IMG/VR virus record: IMGVR_UViG_3300025015_000034
Location: 1-55,135 of that record
DNA: 55,135 nucleotides
Strand: one strand, 5' to 3'
From: a virus
Lineage: Duplodnaviria; Caudoviricetes
Shown: piece after piece, positions 37,956-47,880 of the stretch
Numbering within the stretch: the stretch's first letter is position 1
How the letters are laid out: every line of letters begins with the position of its first letter
The notes under the pieces: model-generated
Seen by the model: only the letters and a program-made list of their open reading frames with translations
What the model was told of the DNA's origin: nothing
The model's database searches: none
Position numbers and translations under genes: made by a program

Positions 37956-38654
37956 ATGATGACAAATAATACAATACTTCGACAATTTATTAGAAAAGAA
38001 TTGGAAGAATTTATTTCTAAAAGAAAATTAACCTATGATGAACCATCTCTATATATGTCAGATGATACTTTAGAAGAAGATACAAACGATTTACAAAGTT
38101 TAGAACAAGATTTTAAAAAATTGACAGGTGAACCCCTAACAGATAAGGTGTTTATCATTAATCATAGATTTGATAAATATTTAAAAGTAATACAGCACTT
38201 AAATAAAAAATATGGGAAGATAGGAAAAGCTCCTTTATATATACAAGGAAATTATGTAATTTTAAAAAAGGATTTTTTTAATTTAGAAGAAATTTCTACG
38301 ACAAGTGGGGTTGCTGAATATGAAACTCCATTCGCATTTTCAAAACCGGGTTCAGATCCAAAGAAAAAACGAGCAGTGAAAGCAAATCCAGACTGGAAGG
38401 TAACAAATAATATTGATGAATCGGTTGAAGTTGAGTGTGGTGAAGAACCATCTCCAAAAAGAAAAATAGCAGATGCTGTTAAATCAATGAGAAATCAATT
38501 AACAGAGGTAGAAAAATTGGTTGATAATGCACATATGTTTAAGGAAGAAACTGGAACTAAAAGTTCTGAATTTTACAAGAGAACGCATCAACACCTTAGA
38601 AAAATTGGTGAGCAATTGACGCGTGTCATGAATAAATTGCAAACTATTAAATAA
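37956..38654 (+). CDS. hypothetical protein, probable head component
   Basis: LRQFIRKELEE leader; LEEISTTSGVAEYETPFAF motif; coiled-coil C-terminus. Confidence 0.6.
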   Translation: MMTNNTILRQFIRKELEEFISKRKLTYDEPSLYMSDDTLEEDTNDLQSLEQDFKKLTGEPLTDKVFIINHRFDKYLKVIQHLNKKYGKIGKAPLYIQGNYVILKKDFFNLEEISTTSGVAEYETPFAFSKPGSDPKKKRAVKANPDWKVTNNIDESVEVECGEEPSPKRKIADAVKSMRNQLTEVEKLVDNAHMFKEETGTKSSEFYKRTHQHLRKIGEQLTRVMNKLQTIK

Positions 38655-38668
38655 TTAATATAAAATAA

Positions 38669-39385
38669 ATGAGAATATTTACAAAAGAACATAAGAAAAA
38701 AATATCTAAATCTCTTAAAGGTAAGAAAAAATCTGCAGAAACTAGGTTAAAAATATCTGAATCTAAAACAGGTAAAAAGAGAAAACCATTTTCAGAAGAA
38801 ACCAAGTTAAAAATGTCTAATTCTAAACAAAATTTGTCAGAAGAAACCAAAAAGAAATTATCTGAGGCACACAAAGGTAAACACTTATCTGAAGAAACCA
38901 AGTTAAAAATGTCTAAGGCTAAAAAAGGTAAAGTTCTTTCAGAAGAACATAAGAGAAACATATCTGAGGCACATAAAGGTAAACATCCATCAGAAGAAAC
39001 CAAAAGAAAATTATCGGAGGCGAAAAAAGGTAAACAATTTTCAGAAGAAACTAAGAAAAAATTAAGATTATCAGCTATTAAAAGAATAGAAAAAAACAAA
39101 TTAAATGGTAACCAATTGGTTCCCGGTTATAATCCAAATTCTATTCCTATAATAGAAGAATATGGTAAAATTAACGGTTATAACTTTCAACATGCAGAAA
39201 ATGGCGGAGAATATTATATTAAAGACTTAGGATATTGGGTAGACGGATATGATAAAGATAGAAATACTGTAATAGAATATTATGAGAGTGCACATAGAAG
39301 GTGTATCGAAAAAGATAAAATTAGAAAACAAGAAATAACAAATTTTTTGAGCTGTAAATTTATAGAACTCAAAGAATGGGTATAA
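38669..39385 (+). CDS. NUMOD3-family homing endonuclease
   Basis: SEETKLKMS repeats and family C-terminal domain. Confidence 0.82.
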   Translation: MRIFTKEHKKKISKSLKGKKKSAETRLKISESKTGKKRKPFSEETKLKMSNSKQNLSEETKKKLSEAHKGKHLSEETKLKMSKAKKGKVLSEEHKRNISEAHKGKHPSEETKRKLSEAKKGKQFSEETKKKLRLSAIKRIEKNKLNGNQLVPGYNPNSIPIIEEYGKINGYNFQHAENGGEYYIKDLGYWVDGYDKDRNTVIEYYESAHRRCIEKDKIRKQEITNFLSCKFIELKEWV

Positions 39386-39409
39386 TAAACAAAAATAAAA
39401 GAGGTACAT

Positions 39410-39766
39410 ATGAACACACAGAACAATAATATTAATAACTCCACATTCAAAGAATTAGTGGGAGAAATGATTGAGGAAAATATTCCTGAATTAGATAAAA
39501 TCCCATCATTCGAAGAAATTTATGGTGGTGAAATGGCTGCTAAATTAATTGAAAGATTAAAAAAAGGTGGTACATTGATAGACGGTGTATATGAATTAAT
39601 AAAAAATGGTAATAATGTTAATTGCAAAATGTTATTTAAATTTAAAGAAAAAAATGAATCTATAGACTTGGTACAGAGTAAAGGTAAAACTTTAAAATTA
39701 CCAAGTAACTGGATTTATACACTGAATAATTCAAATGACGCAATTGTGGAATTTGTAATAAAATAA
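39410..39766 (+). CDS. hypothetical protein
   Basis: ORF with GAGG RBS. Confidence 0.6.
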   Translation: MNTQNNNINNSTFKELVGEMIEENIPELDKIPSFEEIYGGEMAAKLIERLKKGGTLIDGVYELIKNGNNVNCKMLFKFKEKNESIDLVQSKGKTLKLPSNWIYTLNNSNDAIVEFVIK

Positions 39767-39778
39767 CAGGAAAAATAA

Positions 39779-40060
39779 ATGAAGAAATTAGAACTAAAGA
39801 ATCTTATTAGAGAAGAAATTAAAAATATCTTAGTTGAAGCTGTATCTACAAAAGAACAAAATCCATATCATGGTTATAATGTTTCTAATGATGATGTTAA
39901 AAATATAAAGGTTGGACAAATTTATAAAGGACTTTTATCTGGTGAAAAAGTAAGTATCATATATGTAGATAAGGACAGTGTCAAATATAAATATAAAGAT
40001 GGTACAATAGAAAAATCTAATAAAGAGGATTTTCTTACATATTCTAAATTAATAAAATAA
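39779..40060 (+). CDS. hypothetical protein with MKKLELKNLIREEI...LVEA leader
   Basis: Leader followed by a small beta-rich domain. Confidence 0.65.
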   Translation: MKKLELKNLIREEIKNILVEAVSTKEQNPYHGYNVSNDDVKNIKVGQIYKGLLSGEKVSIIYVDKDSVKYKYKDGTIEKSNKEDFLTYSKLIK

Positions 40061-40072
40061 CTGGGAACATGA

Positions 40073-40690
40073 ATGAAAGATAAAAGACCTTTAATTGTAG
40101 ATTATATACCATTTACTATTACCCCTGAATTAATTAGAGAATCATTAGAAAAAAATTCAGGTAAATTAATTGTATCCGGAATACTACAATCTGCAGATAA
40201 ACTTAATCAAAATGGTAGAGTTTATAAATATAATATATTAGATCGTGAATTAAATAAGTATAAAAAACTTATTGCAGAAAGAAGGTCATTAGGAGAATTA
40301 GACCATCCGAACTCGGAAATAATAAATTTACAGAATGTATCCCATTTAGTAACTGCAGCAAATTGGAATGGCAAAGATATAGTTGGTAAAATTGAAATAT
40401 TGAATACTCCAAATGGTAATATATTGAGAAATTTATTAGAAGCTCAGGTTAAATTGGGTATATCATCTCGTGGTTTGGGAAGTTTAACAGAGGCTGAAAA
40501 TAATACTCATGTTGTTGGAGATGATTTTGAACTGGTATCGTGGGATTTTGTTAGTAATCCTTCAACGATAAATGCATTCATGAGTCCATTAACTGAAGGT
40601 AAATTAACGAAAGAAATAAATGATAAAATAGTGTGTCGGGGAAAAGTAGATTGTTTGATATACCAGATTTTACAAGATTTAAATACGTAA
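40073..40690 (+). CDS. gp21: prohead maturation protease, T4 gp21-like
   Basis: NQNGRVY, LGELDHP, VSH, GISSRGLGS, WDFVSNPS. Confidence 0.93.
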   Translation: MKDKRPLIVDYIPFTITPELIRESLEKNSGKLIVSGILQSADKLNQNGRVYKYNILDRELNKYKKLIAERRSLGELDHPNSEIINLQNVSHLVTAANWNGKDIVGKIEILNTPNGNILRNLLEAQVKLGISSRGLGSLTEAENNTHVVGDDFELVSWDFVSNPSTINAFMSPLTEGKLTKEINDKIVCRGKVDCLIYQILQDLNT

Positions 40691-40760
40691 AATTATCATT
40701 AAAACCTTTATAAAAATAGATTGTTAAACAATCATAATAAAAGCTATAAATGCTTGCCAA

Positions 40761-40847
40761 AATATACAGCTAAATGGTTATAATGGAATTTGGGATTGTG
40801 GTAACTTAAAATATATTTTAGAAAATAAAAATTTAATTGGAGAATAA
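40761..40847 (+). pseudogene. scar: C-terminal fragment of a Hef-like endonuclease
   Basis: Translates NIQLNGYNGIWDCGNLKYILENKNL, matching the end of 22763..24526. Confidence 0.7.
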
Positions 40848-40849
40848 TA

Positions 40850-41278
40850 ATGGGGTTTATAAGATTAATAGGAATAACTTTATTTCTAATATTATTAATG
40901 TTTATTAATGATATGAGAGCACAGACAACATATACGTTAACAACAGTAAATTCATCCAATACCCATGAATTTACTTCAATATATGACTATTTATATATAA
41001 ATTTAATAGGAGCAACAGCAAATGATACACTGTTTGTTTTCGGTGGTAGTTATACTAATTATATGACTCCTATAAGCGTTGAAAGTTTTTATAGTCCAGG
41101 TGTTTGGTTACCAGTAATCACAGGAGTAACAGCATCTGGCACAATAGATTCAGATAGAATGTATTTATTATTTGTTCCAGGTGGGTTAAAATATATACAA
41201 ATTCGTAAGGGATATATAATTGGTACAATAGAATATAGATTAGAACATAGATCTAATGAAACACTTATAACACAGTAA
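40850..41278 (+). CDS. secreted hypothetical protein
   Basis: Signal peptide MGFIRLIGITLFLILLMFINDMRA followed by Q. Confidence 0.7.
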   Translation: MGFIRLIGITLFLILLMFINDMRAQTTYTLTTVNSSNTHEFTSIYDYLYINLIGATANDTLFVFGGSYTNYMTPISVESFYSPGVWLPVITGVTASGTIDSDRMYLLFVPGGLKYIQIRKGYIIGTIEYRLEHRSNETLITQ

Positions 41279-41288
41279 ACATAAGAAT

Positions 41289-42938
41289 ATGATTAAATAT
41301 TTATATAAAATATTATTATTATTTTTTATTGCTACCATGGGTTTATACTCTCAATGGGATAAAGACTGGTATCATGGCTGGTTTATTATAGACGGAACAC
41401 CACCTTCCGCACCAACAAGCTTAGCAGCAGTAGGTGGAGTGGAAGAGGTTGTTTTTACTTGGGACGCAAATACAGAGAGTGATTTAGCTGGATATATTTT
41501 TTATGGAGGAACTTCCACAGATCCAACAGACTCAGTTGCTTTTATTACTGCTGGGACAGAAACTTATACTTGGACTGGAAGAACTGAAGGCACTATTTAT
41601 TTTGGACGGCTAAAAGCAAGAGATGCTGTTTATAATTATTCTGCTTATTCAGACAATGCGAGTGACACTGCAATGTATAACTGGAGTATCACTTTAACCT
41701 CATCGGCTAATCCTACAATTACAATGCAAGGTATTGGAATAATAACAATTGATTGGGGAGATAGCACAACAAGCAATCATACATTAATCGGTTCTGATGT
41801 AGCAGTTTCGCATACTTATACTTATAATTTGGTAAGGAACGTTATTATTTATAATGCTACAAGAATAACTAAATTCTTAACAACCAGTAATTGTAATTGG
41901 TCGTTTACAATGGAGTCATTGCCACGACGATTGACTTATTATTATAATTATGGTTCAAACACAACTTCAGGTTCAATAAGCAGTCTTCCAACTGGATTAA
42001 CTTATTATTATAATTATGGTTCAAACACAACTTCAGGTTCAATAAGCAGTCTTCCAACTGGATTAACTTATTATTATAATTCTGGTTCAAACACAACTTC
42101 AGGTTCAATAAGCAGTCTTCCAACTGGATTGATTACTTATCTTAATTATGGTTTAAACACAACTTCAGGTTCAATAAGCAGTCTTCCAACTGGATTGATT
42201 ACTTATCTTAATTCTGGTTCAAACACAACTTCAGGTTCAATAAGCAGTCTTCCAACTGGATTAACTTATTATTATAATTCTGGTTCAAACACAACTTCAG
42301 GTTCAATAAGCAGTCTTCCAACTGGATTAACTTATTATTATAATTCTGGTTCAAACACAACTTCAGGTTCAATAAGCAGTCTTCCAACTGGATTAACTTA
42401 TTATTATAATTCTGGTTCAAACACAACTTCAGGTTTAATAAGCAGTCTTCCAACTGGATTAACTTATTATTATAATTATGGTTTAAACACAACTTCAGGT
42501 TCAATAAGCAGTCTTCCAACTGGATTGATTACTTATCTTAATTCTGGTTCAAACACAACTTCTGGTTTAATTAGTGCTTTACCCGATGGATTGACTTACT
42601 ATTATAATTCTGGTTTAAACACAACTTCTGGTTTAATTAGTGCTTTACCCGCTGGATTGACTTACTATTATAATACTGGTTCAAACACAGTAGCAGATTA
42701 TACTGCTGGTAGAACTTGGGCAAATAATCAACAGTATTTTTTAAGTTTACCAACTGTAGGTAATGGTTTGAGCAGCACAGAAGTTGATAATTTGTTAATC
42801 GACTTAGCAAATGTTGTCACATGGACTGGAAATAAAGTTATAAATATTGCTGGGAACAATGCAGCACGAACTTCTGCTTCAGATGCAGCTAAAGCAACTT
42901 TACTTGGAAAGGGTGTAACGGTAACAGTAAATGAATAA
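41289..42938 (+). CDS. secreted protein: FN3 domain, PKD-like segment, 22-aa LRR-like repeats
   Basis: Signal peptide ending GLYS-Q; PPSAPTSL..W.AN.ESDLAGY FN3 motif; IDWGD; tandem repeats. Confidence 0.8.
   Translation: MIKYLYKILLLFFIATMGLYSQWDKDWYHGWFIIDGTPPSAPTSLAAVGGVEEVVFTWDANTESDLAGYIFYGGTSTDPTDSVAFITAGTETYTWTGRTEGTIYFGRLKARDAVYNYSAYSDNASDTAMYNWSITLTSSANPTITMQGIGIITIDWGDSTTSNHTLIGSDVAVSHTYTYNLVRNVIIYNATRITKFLTTSNCNWSFTMESLPRRLTYYYNYGSNTTSGSISSLPTGLTYYYNYGSNTTSGSISSLPTGLTYYYNSGSNTTSGSISSLPTGLITYLNYGLNTTSGSISSLPTGLITYLNSGSNTTSGSISSLPTGLTYYYNSGSNTTSGSISSLPTGLTYYYNSGSNTTSGSISSLPTGLTYYYNSGSNTTSGLISSLPTGLTYYYNYGLNTTSGSISSLPTGLITYLNSGSNTTSGLISALPDGLTYYYNSGLNTTSGLISALPAGLTYYYNTGSNTVADYTAGRTWANNQQYFLSLPTVGNGLSSTEVDNLLIDLANVVTWTGNKVINIAGNNAARTSASDAAKATLLGKGVTVTVNE
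41931..42689 (+). repeat. 66-bp coding tandem repeat, about 11.5 copies
   Basis: Unit encodes LTYYYNSGSNTTSGSISSLPTG with near-identical DNA. Confidence 0.95.
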
Positions 42939-43281
42939 ATTTATTCCAATTTTTGTTTTATTTCCATTATTTATTTTTGCTCAAGCAAAAGTACCAACAA
43001 AAGTACCATTCACTATTTCATTATCTGCAGAAGATACAGCACAATATTCTGCATCAATTAAAAAAGGTAATTATAAAGATGGTAAGATTAATTTTATTGC
43101 AAACAAAAGCAATAAAGATATATCCTGGCGTATAGTTTTTGATAATAAAAATATAATTGCATATTTTGAGAGCATCGGCTACACTTATACTATTTTTGAT
43201 TTATTTGAAGGCATAAAAGAGGAGTGTGAGAAGTTTATTAAAGATAATGGGTTAATAATTAAAGAAGTTCTTAATCCATAA
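42931..43281 (+). CDS. secreted hypothetical protein
   Basis: Signal peptide MNKFIPIFVLFPLFIFA followed by Q. Confidence 0.7.
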   Translation: MNKFIPIFVLFPLFIFAQAKVPTKVPFTISLSAEDTAQYSASIKKGNYKDGKINFIANKSNKDISWRIVFDNKNIIAYFESIGYTYTIFDLFEGIKEECEKFIKDNGLIIKEVLNP

Positions 43282-43546
43282 TGCCAACAATGTAGGAAAT
43301 TCAAAATAAATTAAATGATTTTGGTTATAATAACTGGTTTGTCTTGGAGTGCAGTTTCTGGTGAAACTGAATATTGCAAAATGCTTGATAGAAAACTATA
43401 TGGTGAACATAATAAGCAATATTTAGAATATTCAAATAAATGGCAAGGTGCAACAGATGGAGCTACGCTTAATGATGCTTCGGCAGGTGACAAGATAAAA
43501 AATTTAATCTTATATATTTATTATAATAAGGAAATGGTGGTTAAGA

Positions 43547-43948
43547 ATGGAGTCAACTAAAATAAAATATAAAAATAAAATTTATTATCTAAATTCGAAA
43601 GATTTAGAGGATAAATCTATTAAAAAGTTGTTTGCATATGTAGATAAAGAATGTAAACAATTAGCTAAAACATTTGGTGGTAAAACAATGATGTTTGATA
43701 AAAATGACATTAAGGATAAATTAAAAGAAACTAAGATAGCAAATAATAAAACGTTAATAGAGAGAAAGTGGATATCATGGTCATCTAAAAATGAAAATAT
43801 TCCAGTTGGAACAAAAGTAAAAATTGGTGGTCATTTTGGTGACATATCCGGAAGAGTAGGAGTTGTATCTGATGACTCTACGACTGACAATTTCTCAATT
43901 GTAAAAATTTCAGAAAAAAACGAACATTCCACAATTCAGATTTATTAA
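43547..43948 (+). CDS. hypothetical protein
   Basis: Follows a TATTTATT motif; YKNKIYY segment resembles YKNKKYY in 14827..15885. Confidence 0.55.
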   Translation: MESTKIKYKNKIYYLNSKDLEDKSIKKLFAYVDKECKQLAKTFGGKTMMFDKNDIKDKLKETKIANNKTLIERKWISWSSKNENIPVGTKVKIGGHFGDISGRVGVVSDDSTTDNFSIVKISEKNEHSTIQIY

Positions 43949-43992
43949 TATACGAAAATAAGGGAAAAATAAAGACATTCGGAGGAAATAAA

Positions 43993-44226
43993 ATGAAAAA
44001 ATCAGAATTAAAACATTTAATAAGAGAAGAAGTATATAAATTCTTAGAAGGATGTGGTGGGAAACCAGTAAAATATAAAAAATATCAAGATGAAAATGTA
44101 GAAGAGGTTGAAAATATAGAAGAACCAATAGAACAGAATCCCGATGAAGAAGATAATATAGAAGAAGTATCTCCTCCAGGTTGGTCAGGTACTGTAGGGG
44201 CTATGAAAAACATAAAGATGATATAG
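43993..44226 (+). CDS. hypothetical protein with MKKSELKHLIREEV leader, probably extended by a frameshift at the A5 run 44206-44210
   Basis: GGAGG RBS; alternate frame continues HKDDIDNPWTLSWYLKNKG. Confidence 0.6.
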   Translation: MKKSELKHLIREEVYKFLEGCGGKPVKYKKYQDENVEEVENIEEPIEQNPDEEDNIEEVSPPGWSGTVGAMKNIKMI

Positions 44227-44312
44227 ATAATCCTTGGACACTTTCGTGGTATCTAAAAAATAAAGGCGCACATCCTCACTATAAACCGATAAAAAATAAA
44301 GGAGTATAAAAA

Positions 44313-44600
44313 ATGATAAAAGTGAAAGTTCAACATAAATTGGCATGGGAAGGAAATGAATCAACACCAGCACCTATGGTTTGGGCATTTATTGGTAATA
44401 CTAAGCCATATGAATCAATTTTTAAAGAAATAACCGGACTAACGGAGACGGCGGACAGTAGAGAACATGCGGGAAAATTTTATTTTAATAATATCAATAA
44501 GTGGTGGTACGTACGAGATAAAAGCGCGGCAAATTTAGCAATTAAAAAAATAAATATATTAGAGAAATTCGAGGCAGCTAAACTGTATTGGAATATCTAA
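44313..44600 (+). CDS. hypothetical protein
   Basis: AAGGAG RBS. Confidence 0.6.
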   Translation: MIKVKVQHKLAWEGNESTPAPMVWAFIGNTKPYESIFKEITGLTETADSREHAGKFYFNNINKWWYVRDKSAANLAIKKINILEKFEAAKLYWNI

Positions 44601-44626
44601 TTTTTAAAACATAACGGAGAAAGGAA

Positions 44627-45154
44627 ATGATAATATCAGGTTCATTTGTAACTGGATCAGCAATAACTATATCCAGAATTAATAGTTCATCAATATTAGC
44701 AGAAGCATTATTTACTACTGTAGAATCTTGTAACATTCAACAAAATGGATTTGTAAATGCACTGGCTCAGTTTACCGACTGTGATGCAGACTTTTGGGTA
44801 GAACTTGATGGGACACGTGTAGGACCAGTTGGTTCTTTTTCTGCACCCCAATCTGGATGGCTGCAAAATATAGCAATATCTAGTGTAACAACCTTACTTA
44901 GTTCGGGTGGACACACTGCATCTCTATGTGGTAGAAAAGTAGAAGGCGACGGTATAGTATATGTTAATTCAGCAGGATTATCAGTTATACCATTAGAAAC
45001 AACATCTGGTGAAATAACACGACTTAATAATGTATTAGTAACTGGATCATTAGATATATCCGGCTCACTTATATTTACATCTGTTTCTGGAACACAGTGG
45101 CAATTGTTTATTAATTCAGTAGATGGATCAGTAACTGCAAGTGCAGTAGTATAA
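44627..45154 (+). CDS. Ser/Gly-rich beta protein, probably virion structural
   Basis: Repeated SGS/TGS motifs; strong RBS. Confidence 0.55.
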   Translation: MIISGSFVTGSAITISRINSSSILAEALFTTVESCNIQQNGFVNALAQFTDCDADFWVELDGTRVGPVGSFSAPQSGWLQNIAISSVTTLLSSGGHTASLCGRKVEGDGIVYVNSAGLSVIPLETTSGEITRLNNVLVTGSLDISGSLIFTSVSGTQWQLFINSVDGSVTASAVV

Positions 45155-45294
45155 AAGAATAGACAGTGGTACCCTAGATGCGTATAAAAGATTTAGCATA
45201 TGCTAAAGAATATAAAGAGAATCCATTTTTGTAGATGAAGAAGATGGTACTAAATGTGCTGTGGTTGATGGAAAAAATAACAGATGCTTATTAA

Positions 45295-47316
45295 ATGAAT
45301 AAAGATCTTGCAACAATTATAGATCTGGATAAAATAGCCAGTGAACTGGTTTATAGAGTAGGGATCCCCGATTTTAAGAATAATGACCACTTAGCTATCC
45401 TGATAGAAATTTTAAAAAATTTCAATTGGCCCAAACAGGGCATCCAAGCATTAATAAGAAACCTAATATTAGTTTCAGAAGCAACACCAACATCTCAAAA
45501 AAAAGTAAAGGTTTATTTACAAAAAGGAGAAGAAGCTCCTAAGGATAGAAAGGTTAAAAAGGGTCCTAGAGGTGGGACATATTATGATGCAACATCTGAA
45601 GAAAAAGCTAAAATTGAAAAATCAAGAATACAAAAACCTATAAATAATAAATCTACTATTGCTCCTGTAGATAAAACAGTTCAGCGTCAACAAAAAATAA
45701 TTACTAAAGAACCAATACAAAAAAAGAATATAGACACAAAAGAAGAAATTATTACTCCTGAACATATTCAACGAGTACAGAAGGCACTTGAAAAAACTAA
45801 AAGTACTACCAGTTTTTTACAAAATGAACCAGAAACACAGAAAATAGTAAATAGTTTTATTGGTGATGTAAATGTATTATTAAAAACAAGAAATAAAGAT
45901 TTAGCAAAAAAGATGGTGGACAAATATAAACTTGAGCATAATAATGAAAACGCTAAACTTGGAGAAAAATCTAAACTTTATTTAAGATCTGTGAACTTAA
46001 AATATAGAAAAATATTTAGTGGTCTTGAAGGAAATGTAGCATCAACTACATTGGCAAAAATATTATATGATTCTGGAGCACTTAGTAAAAAAGGTAAGAT
46101 GAGTAAAAAGTCTATGACAGCAAATAAAATCTTTACTGAATCTGAGCAATTACCTATTAAGAAAACTGATGCTGGTATACAAATTGGAAATATAACCGTT
46201 AAACATGCTAAAAATTATGATTATAATAAATTACCTCAGATGTTTATGAATTCTCAGGGTTTAAGTAAGAAAGAAGCAATTCAAAAAACAAAAGAATTAA
46301 AACTAAGAGTTGAAAGACACAATTTTATTATAAATAATTTTAGTAGTATTTTTAGTGGTGCGAATCTAAATACGTTGAAGGTGTGTCCTAAGTGTGATGT
46401 TACAACTTCAGAAGGTAGAACTTTTACTAAAAAAACAGCTACAGATATCTTACTAAATAAAATAACAGAACTAGGGGGTAAAGATAAAACAATTACTGAA
46501 ATTACAAAATCACTAAACGCATTAAATAATATTACAGATAAAGATAAATATGAAACTGAATTAAATGATATATTATTTAAAATATCAAATAATAAATCTA
46601 CAACTTCAACATCAGCTGACTTAACAGAAATAATTGATTATTTGAGATTATTAAACAGAGACATAATAGCATATTTTCCATCAGAATCTAATTTTGCCTT
46701 AGGAGATATATTAACTTTTACTGATAGGCAACCCACAATAAAGGATATTCTAGGTGCTAAAAATTTAAGTTCAATATTTGTTAGTTTAGAAAACAGGAGT
46801 GTAAAAAAAGGAACAGGTGGAGCATCTTCATCTGAAAATAAAATTAAATTGACAAAATTTAAATCTAAAGATACTCAAACTAATTTAGTGAAAATTGTAG
46901 ATATATATGATTCTCTTATTAACAAAGATAACGTGACAGAAGCAGATAAATTAATCAGAACATTAGAACAAAAATATTCTAGTTATTTGACAGAAGATGA
47001 TACTTATGTAAAATATATAAGAGGTAGAGATAATTGGGTTGCAGATAATTCTAAAAAGCTTCACAATAAAGAAGTATGGAAAAGATATTATCAATTAGGA
47101 TATATGCTACAAACTATTTATAATAATGATGTGTCAATTCAAGCATTTCAAAATTCAAAATATAATGTAAGGACAAAGAGTGTAGATCATGAATTATCAG
47201 ATGGTGTTAATGTAGTTGCAAAACTTGAATTTACACCGAGTATGATAAGAACATCAACTAGAAAACCATTGAATAAATATGGAACTAGATTTCATCATGT
47301 AGTAAATAAATATTAA
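45295..47316 (+). CDS. large hypothetical protein with GPRGG basic domain
   Basis: LVSEA followed by KVYLQKGEEAPKDRKVKKGPRGGTYY. Confidence 0.65.
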   Translation: MNKDLATIIDLDKIASELVYRVGIPDFKNNDHLAILIEILKNFNWPKQGIQALIRNLILVSEATPTSQKKVKVYLQKGEEAPKDRKVKKGPRGGTYYDATSEEKAKIEKSRIQKPINNKSTIAPVDKTVQRQQKIITKEPIQKKNIDTKEEIITPEHIQRVQKALEKTKSTTSFLQNEPETQKIVNSFIGDVNVLLKTRNKDLAKKMVDKYKLEHNNENAKLGEKSKLYLRSVNLKYRKIFSGLEGNVASTTLAKILYDSGALSKKGKMSKKSMTANKIFTESEQLPIKKTDAGIQIGNITVKHAKNYDYNKLPQMFMNSQGLSKKEAIQKTKELKLRVERHNFIINNFSSIFSGANLNTLKVCPKCDVTTSEGRTFTKKTATDILLNKITELGGKDKTITEITKSLNALNNITDKDKYETELNDILFKISNNKSTTSTSADLTEIIDYLRLLNRDIIAYFPSESNFALGDILTFTDRQPTIKDILGAKNLSSIFVSLENRSVKKGTGGASSSENKIKLTKFKSKDTQTNLVKIVDIYDSLINKDNVTEADKLIRTLEQKYSSYLTEDDTYVKYIRGRDNWVADNSKKLHNKEVWKRYYQLGYMLQTIYNNDVSIQAFQNSKYNVRTKSVDHELSDGVNVVAKLEFTPSMIRTSTRKPLNKYGTRFHHVVNKY

Positions 47317-47328
47317 ACGGAAAAAATT

Positions 47329-47733
47329 ATGGAAAGTCAGTTACTTATAACGTTTACAACAGGAAAAAAATTAGATGAAACTTTGGTAGAAATTCAAAAT
47401 GCTTATAAATTATTATATGATAAAATATTTATATTACAAGATGAGGAAAATGAAAAAGAGGTAATCTGTAGTTATAATATAGATTTACATGAAACTATAG
47501 ATGGAGATAAGATACCTAGAAATACAATTGGAGTACATAGGAAAAAGCAAACTAATACTTTATATACAATAAATGCTTTAAATTATTTGATTACCGTGTT
47601 GAACGATGGAAAATTAGATAAACAATTTCCAGTACCATGGCAAAATTATTCTAACATGGTGTTGGTAACAAATAATGGTGAATTTAAAAAAATTAAAACG
47701 AGGTTATTGAAAATTGTAGAATTAAATGGATGA
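47329..47733 (+). CDS. conserved phage hypothetical protein
   Basis: QLL.TF, NTI.VHRKKQTNTLYTINALN, W..Y.N motif; upstream of SSB. Confidence 0.65.
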   Translation: MESQLLITFTTGKKLDETLVEIQNAYKLLYDKIFILQDEENEKEVICSYNIDLHETIDGDKIPRNTIGVHRKKQTNTLYTINALNYLITVLNDGKLDKQFPVPWQNYSNMVLVTNNGEFKKIKTRLLKIVELNG

Positions 47734-47880
47734 AAAAGTTAAATGAAATTCTACTTTATTGATAAATTTTTATAATAAAAAGAAATTCTTCTTATATTTA
47801 TTACTAATGGTAGTTATTTAAATATAATAATTACTTATTAACTATTAAATATTAACTAATAAATTACAAGGAGAATTGTT

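Noticed and set aside
41931-42689. Possible CRISPR array or DGR template/variable repeat
   Set aside because: Units are contiguous in-frame coding repeats with no unique spacers, variation is not confined to adenines, and no cas or reverse transcriptase gene is visible.
43315-43560. 81-aa ORF in the track
   Set aside because: It runs through the promoter motif of the next gene and has no recognisable motif; probably a fragment.
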